DNA from: a virus
Taxonomy: Duplodnaviria > Caudoviricetes
Length of the DNA: 58,810 nucleotides
Reading direction: 5' to 3' (one strand)
Virus record (IMG/VR): IMGVR_UViG_3300021197_000369
Coordinates: 1-58,810 of that record
The notes under the pieces are model-generated. The model did not search any database. It had not been told where the DNA came from and saw only the letters and a program-made list of their open reading frames with translations. The position numbers and the translations under genes are program-made. This document shows, piece after piece, positions 52,103 to 58,810 of this stretch. Within the stretch, counting starts at the first letter, position 1, and each line of letters starts with the position of its first letter.

Positions 52103-53371
52103 CTACGTACTCTGATCTTCGGTGCCTGTTAGGGGTATGTTACCATTGGTTCCGTCTTCACCCCCGGTGTTACCTGATGATTGTACTGTTGCAAGATCAT
52201 TAAGAAGTTGGTTTAGCTGATCAGATGTTATTTCACCTGTTAGTATCTTTGAAACTAAGTCTGTGTCTCTGGCTAACAGACGCGCCGTAGATTCAGGAAT
52301 GCCTCTTGCCATTAGGGCCTTTGCAGCCTGTACTTCAGCACCCGGTGTTTTAGCAGAAGACGAGTTGTACAAAGCCAAAGAATCTTCAAAGCTTTTGCCT
52401 GTTTTTGCCATAATCCCTTCAACTTCGCGGATCATCTTTGGATCTTGATCCAACTCAGCTTGTTGCAAGGCGGCGGTGATAGAAAGTTTATCCATAGCAA
52501 GCTGACGAGCGGCGGCGGTAGCAGCGGCAGTGTCTTCTTGTGCAAGCACACGTTCAGCAGCAGCCATGTTTAACTTCTGTTCAAGTTGGCGCTCTTCCTG
52601 TTTGCCGCTAGCAAAAGTACCAAGGACCGAGGACAAAGCTGAAACGGCGTCCTGACTCATGCTACCAGTTCCACTACCTGCGGCAAACTTCAGGCCACCA
52701 AGCATCATCAAAAAGTCACGATCTGTTCTTACGTCCTTGGCTTGTGTTACACCTGCTTCAACTAAAAAGTCTTTAGCTTCTTGGAATTTTTGTTTGCGTG
52801 TCTTTTTATCAGCATCTTCGGTTCCACTCATACCAGCAATTCTATCTAGGACTTCATCCATTGCGCTCTTTGCAGATTTTTTGCCTTTTTTCTCGTCTGG
52901 AGACTTGTCTGTTACACCACCAGTTTTTGGCTTTGGCTGGATAAATGAATCAGGAACGTCATCCAATATACCGGGGGCACTGCCACCAATTCTTCTTGAC
53001 TCTTCCGCTTCTTCATCGCTTCTTTGGTTTGTAGGTGGTGTCATGCCCGGATCTGTTTGTGGGCCAACACCCTCAAACTCACCTTGATTTGTTGTGGTTC
53101 CACGATTACGGGCAGATAACTGCGCGGGGGTCAGAATAGGTGTAGGTCCACTAAGGTCGATCACTGGATTTTGCGTGGCTACCTGTCTACGATTAACTAA
53201 ACCCTGATCGATAAAAGGATTTCCTGTTGTAGATGTAGCGCGTATTAGCTCTGGACCAGACGCATTAATACCAACAGGACCACGAGCCATTGCAGCCCGT
53301 TGCTGTGGCGTAGTAAACATTCTGCGGTTTAGCACAGGATTTCTAAGTCTACCTAATTCGTCACCAATCAC
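52103..53371 (-). CDS. Putative internal virion protein
   Basis: Probable GTG start after AGGAG; NPVLNRRMF N-term; helical. Confidence 0.6.
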   Translation of the reverse strand: MIGDELGRLRNPVLNRRMFTTPQQRAAMARGPVGINASGPELIRATSTTGNPFIDQGLVNRRQVATQNPVIDLSGPTPILTPAQLSARNRGTTTNQGEFEGVGPQTDPGMTPPTNQRSDEEAEESRRIGGSAPGILDDVPDSFIQPKPKTGGVTDKSPDEKKGKKSAKSAMDEVLDRIAGMSGTEDADKKTRKQKFQEAKDFLVEAGVTQAKDVRTDRDFLMMLGGLKFAAGSGTGSMSQDAVSALSSVLGTFASGKQEERQLEQKLNMAAAERVLAQEDTAAATAAARQLAMDKLSITAALQQAELDQDPKMIREVEGIMAKTGKSFEDSLALYNSSSAKTPGAEVQAAKALMARGIPESTARLLARDTDLVSKILTGEITSDQLNQLLNDLATVQSSGNTGGEDGTNGNIPLTGTEDQST

Positions 53372-53381
53372 TGCCTGTCTC

Positions 53382-54170
53382 CTAGTTAAAGTAGTTGTAG
53401 GCACCAAGTCCAGCTATACCAAGACCTGCAAGCTGCTGCATTGTGCTTGGATCTGGTGTAGACTGTGTGCTGGTTGTCTGCTGCAATGCAGGTACACCAC
53501 GGAAGATGTCTGACAAGAAGCCAATCTCTTGATATGGAAGCGCTTGTTGTGCCAACAGGTTCTGACGTGCAGCGTCTAGCTCTGTCTGACTCTGCCCTTG
53601 ATACAGACTACCAATACCCAACAGTGTGTTAATGTCTTGCACATTCATCTGCTGCGAGGCTGTGCCTAATTGACCGAACCGTGCAGCGGCTTGTTGTGCC
53701 GCCTGCTGCGCCTGCTGAAAACCAGATGCGCGAAGCTGCCCTGAAGTACGAGCCTGCTGCTCTAATGTACCACGAGCCAACTCACCAGATGCCACGGCTG
53801 CGCGAGAGCCGCCAAAAGCTCCTGCACCTGTAGCTTGTCCAGCCAGTTGCCCCTGCTGCATGACACCGCCACGCGCAATGTCAGCCATAGACTGATCAAC
53901 AACAGCCGTTTCATATGGATTCATAAATGCGAATGCACCACCCGGCCCAGCAAATTGAGTAGCTGCATTTAAGTACGGTTGATATGAACCCACACCACCC
54001 ATTGCTAGCTGACCAGCACCTAACTGTTCTTGAGTTAGACCCGCAACTTGCTGTGGAGCAAAAGGCATACCTGTGCCTTTTAATCCCTCTGCCTGCTTAA
54101 ATATATTAGCTAAATACTCTTCCTGAAACGGAGCAAGTCTTTGGGTTACTTCTTGTGTTTGTGTTGCCAT
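53382..54170 (-). CDS. Putative DNA pilot/ejection protein
   Basis: Q/A/G-rich; FMNPY...GAFGGSR...; hydrophobic C-term. Confidence 0.7.
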   Translation of the reverse strand: MATQTQEVTQRLAPFQEEYLANIFKQAEGLKGTGMPFAPQQVAGLTQEQLGAGQLAMGGVGSYQPYLNAATQFAGPGGAFAFMNPYETAVVDQSMADIARGGVMQQGQLAGQATGAGAFGGSRAAVASGELARGTLEQQARTSGQLRASGFQQAQQAAQQAAARFGQLGTASQQMNVQDINTLLGIGSLYQGQSQTELDAARQNLLAQQALPYQEIGFLSDIFRGVPALQQTTSTQSTPDPSTMQQLAGLGIAGLGAYNYFN

Positions 54171-55060
54171 TACGCTGTGGCCTCCAATTCTGCCATCATA
54201 TCATAGAGACGAGCCGCTCCCATGTCTCTGTCTCCGCCGCCTGCACCGCGCACGGCTTTGGCGGTTAATACAAATTCACCATCCGATAATTTGGCAGGCA
54301 CTGAATCAGAGGTGCCTGTTCCGGGTCCAGCGACCTCACCCCTTACGGGTACATCATAACCCATAGCGCCACCTTCTGCAAACCGTACAGCATTCAGATC
54401 ATACTCAAAGTCTGGTCTTTGCGTCTGCGCCTTTGCCTCTGTGTACGCCGCCTTCTGCGTTGGGTTATCTAAATCGTATGTCTCACCTTTAAACATTATG
54501 TCCCAAGCTTCACCCTGTGGGTCTGGACGAGGAGTTCCACCTTGCTCTTCTGGCCCACCAAGTAAGCCGAGTGCACCAGCAGCGCCAAGACCCAAACTAC
54601 CAGCCATCAAATAATCGCCTGTGTCCATACCACTAAAGAACTCGCCTATACCACCGGATGAACCAGCGGCGGTTTCGGCAGCAGCGTCTCCATAATAATA
54701 CGTTGGATCTCCCACCATTCCACCTGCTGTGTCTATTTGTGCAGCCCCTTGTGCAGTGGGCACACTATACAAAGAATTTTGCATGGTTGTCGGGCCAAAC
54801 ACGCTAGAAGTAGATGCCTGCGCCGACGGACTCATTAGATTTGGTGACACAAAGTTTGTAACGCCGTAGGCTAGCGCAGCATTTGTCAAAGCATCGTTGA
54901 CTGATTTGCCACCAGCTAGACTACCGATCCCAGAACCAAGGGCCGCGCCTGCTGGACCACCGAAATAGAACCCAGCAGCAGTGCCAGCAACAGCCAGCAG
55001 ATCGCCCGTGTCAGTGTCACCCAACCCTAATGCTTTTCCAAGATCACCAAATAATGCCAT
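54170..55060 (-). CDS. Putative ejection protein
   Basis: Gly-zipper N-term; FAEGG...GPGTGTSDSVPAKLSDGEFVLTAKAV motif. Confidence 0.7.
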   Translation of the reverse strand: MALFGDLGKALGLGDTDTGDLLAVAGTAAGFYFGGPAGAALGSGIGSLAGGKSVNDALTNAALAYGVTNFVSPNLMSPSAQASTSSVFGPTTMQNSLYSVPTAQGAAQIDTAGGMVGDPTYYYGDAAAETAAGSSGGIGEFFSGMDTGDYLMAGSLGLGAAGALGLLGGPEEQGGTPRPDPQGEAWDIMFKGETYDLDNPTQKAAYTEAKAQTQRPDFEYDLNAVRFAEGGAMGYDVPVRGEVAGPGTGTSDSVPAKLSDGEFVLTAKAVRGAGGGDRDMGAARLYDMMAELEATA

Positions 55061-55287
55061 TATGCTACCTTTACAGTCCCACCATCATTATACAGTGCTC
55101 CTGTCTCAAGTCCAGTCGCGCTTGTTGGTAAGTTCGTCAGTGTTATTTTAGTGCCACGCAACTGACCGGGGTTTCGTTCCTGCTCAATAAATAATTCCAA
55201 CGCTCTAATAAGATCCTGCATATGAGAAGCAGAATATTCTTGTGGTGCTTCTGGTAGTCTTGGTGGTGCAATTTCATTACTAGCCAT
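55060..55287 (-). CDS. Small tail/virion protein
   Basis: PRLP.AP.EY...LPTSATGLETGALYNDGGTVKV. Confidence 0.65.
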   Translation of the reverse strand: MASNEIAPPRLPEAPQEYSASHMQDLIRALELFIEQERNPGQLRGTKITLTNLPTSATGLETGALYNDGGTVKVA

Positions 55288-58200
55288 TAGCGTCTACCAT
55301 CTTGTCTTATATCTACTCGTGGGCTACCCAGCTTCCACTTAGATCCAAGGGCCGTGCTTTCTACTCTAAAGGCAAAGGATCTGCCACGGATTCTAGCGTG
55401 TACTTGGTTTGTATATTCTTCTACAGGTGTGACCTGTGTTCTAGTTGCGGTGCCAGACCCTGTACTGTTAAAATCTTCGCCCGGAAAGTTACGCGCTTTT
55501 ATAGTAAATGTGGCTTGTGGTGTACTTAGTGCTGTAGATCCAGTAAACGTGAGATCTGGAACAATTCTGCGGATATACAAGAAATGATCTCCGTCTTGTA
55601 TGTCCATAGCCGCTGACTCAATGTACGAAGTCATTGCAGTGCCGTCGTCATCGTTACCAAACTCATGGTTATACAAATAACCACCCTGCGTAGCCAATGG
55701 GAAGTTCCGAGTTCCACGGTCCAACCACGCATTTCTTGAGAGCGTACCGTAATACCATATCTTATCTAGATAATTGTATACCACATAACGATCATTGTCT
55801 GTAGCACCTGAAGATGAATAAAACCAAACTGCTTCACCAAACTCAGAGTTCACACCAGCGTACACTTTGTCTAGCTGCTCAATATTTATGTCCTCAAACA
55901 CACGGTCTTTGACAGTGCAGGGTAGCTGAGTTGTCTGACCAGCGTAGACATAGAAGTTATCGATGCCCATCCAGAACACAAAGTCCTCTGTTGCTGCAAC
56001 TGCATTGGGTCCAGCGATAGTGATGTTGTTGGCTAGCTGCTGTAAACCAAAGGTAAATGGCGGACCGATAAACCTGAGTGAGTTGAGGGCTGTATCAGTC
56101 CACACCAAGATCTCACGTTTCGTTTCGATAGCCTTTACAAAGGTGGACCCAGAGCCAAGACGTAAATCCCCGGCGGTGTTAGTCGCGGCTGGATACCAAG
56201 TGGTTGGATTCTCCTGACTTGAAAAGCGAATCAATAAAGGATCTTGTACTCCATCACCTTGAACTGCGGTTGGATCAGTGTTGATGGCATCACATCCAAA
56301 AGCAAGAACGTGACGATCACGGTCAGACACCATGACCTGCTTGCATTTTGTAGGGACAGATGTCTTTGTGCCATCTATTGTAGATAACTCTTTTGCTCGT
56401 ACACCTGTGCCAAGACTCCTCTCCCAATAAAAGATGTTAGAGTCTCTTGGATTGATGAGTAGATCTTCGCCAAAATTGTCATGTGTCCAGAGTCTAATCT
56501 GCGTAGTTGTTGTTAAACCACCGGATGCTGCTTCTCCCCACCCAAAGTAGTCATCATCTGCACTAGCATTACCTTTTATGAGCGTAATCAGTGACCCATC
56601 GGCATGAGTTCTTGCTACAACAAAAGAACCAGTTCCCGCTAAATTTGTAGCCGCACCTGACCCAGCATGACCTCGTACAACGGTAAGATCATTAGTAGCC
56701 ACATTTGTTACAAAAACAAACTCAAGTTGTGCAGGAACAGAAGTTGGATCACCAAGGAGTAGAATGTCGTTTGCCACTATTCCCGTGGCACTGGTAACTG
56801 TTAGTGTTGTGTCTGTTGAACTAAAGGTGCCACCTTCGTTGATTGTAGTTTGAAGTGGACCCGATGTTAATCCACCATACAACCCTGCACCCCAACCAGT
56901 ACCACCAACCGTCGTGTCCAATCCCACATTTATTTGATAATTTGCTATAGTAGGAAAACTACGACCAGTGACGGTAAGTGTTAAATTATTCGCGCTGGTA
57001 GCGCCGCCAAGATTTGCTCCAGCTATGGTTATAGTGTCATTGACAGCGTATCCTGTGCCGATTGCAGTTATAGCATCTACAGAATAAACATTTGAACCGT
57101 TAACTGTTATTGTAAATGCCGCACCAGAGCCGCTGCCACTGGTACTTGCTTGTGTGACACCAGTAAATGAAACAGAAGTTAAGTCTGTTATCGTAAGAAC
57201 TAAATCGTTGGCTGGAGTCGCTCCACCAAGACTTGTGCCAGCAATAGTAATTGCGTTGCTACCACCACTAGTGGAGTAGCCAGATCCAATCGTTGTTACA
57301 GCGTCCACTGTGTACCCGCCGGAACCGTCCGTGCTTATTGTAAATTTTACTCCACTCCCAGAACCAGTCGTGCTCGTTTGAACAACATCTGTGAAAGTGC
57401 TTGTGCCAATAGATGTTCCTGAAAGTTGAGTAACAGTAAGAACTATGTCGTTGGCTGGAGTCGTACCGCCCACGCTGGTTCCAGCAATGGTAATTGTATC
57501 ATTTACGGCATAGTTTGAACCTACAGTTGATACGCTTAGACTGTACCCACCATCACCGTCTGTAGTAACACTAAACTGTGCGCTTGAACCGCTGCCACTT
57601 GTACTTGTCTGAGCTACGTTATTGTGCGTTGTGCTGCCAACAGAAGAGCCAGCAAGGTGTGTTATGGTTAGTGTTAGGTCATGCGTTCCTTTTGTGCCGC
57701 CAAGGTTCTGACCTTCAATCAGTATTTCTTCACCAACAACGTAACCAGAGCCAATAGCAGTCACAGTCACTGTGTAGGCTCCAGAGCCAGCAACTACAGT
57801 AAACGTCGCACCTGCTCCAGATCCGCTCGTGGTTGTTTGAACAACACCTGTGGTGGTTGCACTACCTGTCGAAGCACCAGAAATAGTGAGGTTACCAACA
57901 CCGTTACTACTTGGAGATGAAAACGTAAGAGCACCAACACCTGTGCCAGACGTGCCAACGGTAACTGTCTTTATACCTGTGCCACCAACACCTGTGCCAG
58001 AAAGACTAACCGTGCCCACACCACCACCACCAACGCCAGTGTCACTAGAATTAGCTGTAACAGCCATAGTGACTTCATACGATGATGCGTTAATAATTCT
58101 GGTTATTTGATATTCTTGGTTCAATACGGTGGCTGTAACAAGACCACCAAGTGATTCAGCGTTACTAAATGTAACAAAATCATTTTGATTAGCGCCGTGA

Positions 58201-58556
58201 TTTGTATGATTTACCGTTAAGGTAGTATTACCATTGGTGGCTGCAAACGTTACGTCACCTTGTGTTGTTGTGCTGCGTATTGGGGTGACATCGTTGAACG
58301 ACTCACCCTCTTCCACATAGTATTTTAGGTGTGTGCCTACACCTAAAAAATCTGAACCATCAAGAGCAATCCAGTTATGAAGCGCTCTTGCTGATCCTAA
58401 ATAGGTGCTAGATGCATACTTAGACCACCCACCAATTTTTTCAGGATACCCTAAACGAAAACGCACCTTATCACCGTCACGCCAGCCACCCTCGTTTGAA
58501 TATGAGGTAAGGTCGTTATTGATGCCCGGTCTAAATTGTAGTTTGGATAACGGCAC
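55287..58556 (-). CDS. Tail nozzle/stabilization protein (P22 gp10-like) with inserted repeat domains
   Basis: KVRFR.G.PEKIGGW N-term; DPLLIRFS.QE, AGDLRL, WTDT, RGR...R.ES..G.W.LG.PR...DGRR C-term. Confidence 0.75.
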   Translation of the reverse strand: MPLSKLQFRPGINNDLTSYSNEGGWRDGDKVRFRLGYPEKIGGWSKYASSTYLGSARALHNWIALDGSDFLGVGTHLKYYVEEGESFNDVTPIRSTTTQGDVTFAATNGNTTLTVNHTNHGANQNDFVTFSNAESLGGLVTATVLNQEYQITRIINASSYEVTMAVTANSSDTGVGGGGVGTVSLSGTGVGGTGIKTVTVGTSGTGVGALTFSSPSSNGVGNLTISGASTGSATTTGVVQTTTSGSGAGATFTVVAGSGAYTVTVTAIGSGYVVGEEILIEGQNLGGTKGTHDLTLTITHLAGSSVGSTTHNNVAQTSTSGSGSSAQFSVTTDGDGGYSLSVSTVGSNYAVNDTITIAGTSVGGTTPANDIVLTVTQLSGTSIGTSTFTDVVQTSTTGSGSGVKFTISTDGSGGYTVDAVTTIGSGYSTSGGSNAITIAGTSLGGATPANDLVLTITDLTSVSFTGVTQASTSGSGSGAAFTITVNGSNVYSVDAITAIGTGYAVNDTITIAGANLGGATSANNLTLTVTGRSFPTIANYQINVGLDTTVGGTGWGAGLYGGLTSGPLQTTINEGGTFSSTDTTLTVTSATGIVANDILLLGDPTSVPAQLEFVFVTNVATNDLTVVRGHAGSGAATNLAGTGSFVVARTHADGSLITLIKGNASADDDYFGWGEAASGGLTTTTQIRLWTHDNFGEDLLINPRDSNIFYWERSLGTGVRAKELSTIDGTKTSVPTKCKQVMVSDRDRHVLAFGCDAINTDPTAVQGDGVQDPLLIRFSSQENPTTWYPAATNTAGDLRLGSGSTFVKAIETKREILVWTDTALNSLRFIGPPFTFGLQQLANNITIAGPNAVAATEDFVFWMGIDNFYVYAGQTTQLPCTVKDRVFEDINIEQLDKVYAGVNSEFGEAVWFYSSSGATDNDRYVVYNYLDKIWYYGTLSRNAWLDRGTRNFPLATQGGYLYNHEFGNDDDGTAMTSYIESAAMDIQDGDHFLYIRRIVPDLTFTGSTALSTPQATFTIKARNFPGEDFNSTGSGTATRTQVTPVEEYTNQVHARIRGRSFAFRVESTALGSKWKLGSPRVDIRQDGRR

Positions 58557-58567
58557 GACGATTCCCT

Positions 58568-58810
58568 CTAAGCTTGCGATCCTGTGATTGTGCCAGTATT
58601 TGTCAGTGTAACATTGCTAATGCCTGTGATTGCGTTACCAGCAGAGCCACCAACAGAACCATTTGAAACACTGCCATTAGCACCTGTAGAACCCGTGCCC
58701 CCAAATGCACCACCAGCCCCACCAGCCCTAGCGGCAGTTCCGCCGGCACTGCCACCACCAGCACTTTGACCATACCCCGCGCCGACGCCACCAGCCTCAC
58801 CACTTGTGTT
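58568..58810 (-). CDS. 3' part of the wrapped Gly-rich adhesin
   Basis: Ends GSAGNAITGISNVTLTNTGTITGSQA*, matching the end of 3270-4334 (GSAGKSIRGISSVTLTNNGTITGPQA*). Confidence 0.8.
   Translation of the reverse strand, partial: NTSGEAGGVGAGYGQSAGGGSAGGTAARAGGAGGAFGGTGSTGANGSVSNGSVGGSAGNAITGISNVTLTNTGTITGSQA
58661..58810. repeat. Terminal overlap, right copy
   Basis: 144/150 identical to 1-150. The minus-strand frame continues across the join to the TAG at 58568-58570. Confidence 0.95.

Overview
This window is an apparently complete, circularly closed genome of a tailed dsDNA phage (Caudoviricetes). The first and last 150 nt overlap with 6 mismatches, leaving about 58.66 kb of unique sequence. 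The minus-strand late arm carries TerL, a 1259-aa putative internal protein, portal, holin, GroES, scaffold, major capsid, a cluster of small Lys/Arg-rich proteins, head-tail adaptors and a large tail-fibre/receptor-binding region. Across the join it continues with a P22 gp10-like nozzle, putative ejection proteins and a lysozyme. The plus-strand early arm carries many small genes, an SNF2 helicase, SSB, a primase-like protein, a UvrD helicase and a family A DNA polymerase (Leu762 type). I saw no sheath, tape measure, integrase, RNA polymerase, tRNA or reverse transcriptase, so a lytic podovirus-type phage is inferred; a marine alphaproteobacterial host is a guess from gene style only. The most unusual structures are: (1) a modular tail-tip system with five paralogues ending in GDLA whose conserved 3' DNA (GGAGACYTNGCATRA) is also the RBS/coupling junction of the next gene, plus two C1q-like and two gp38-like Gly-rich tips; (2) an island of self-contained early-gene units between terS and terL, bounded by terminator + 32-bp GC-rich repeat + polar CGCAG heptamers; (3) an inverted 9-mer array (ori/pac candidate); (4) a shared xxGG peptide motif in putative head-internal proteins; (5) two structured RNA leaders. 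Family assignments come from motif recognition by eye and have not been confirmed by any search.
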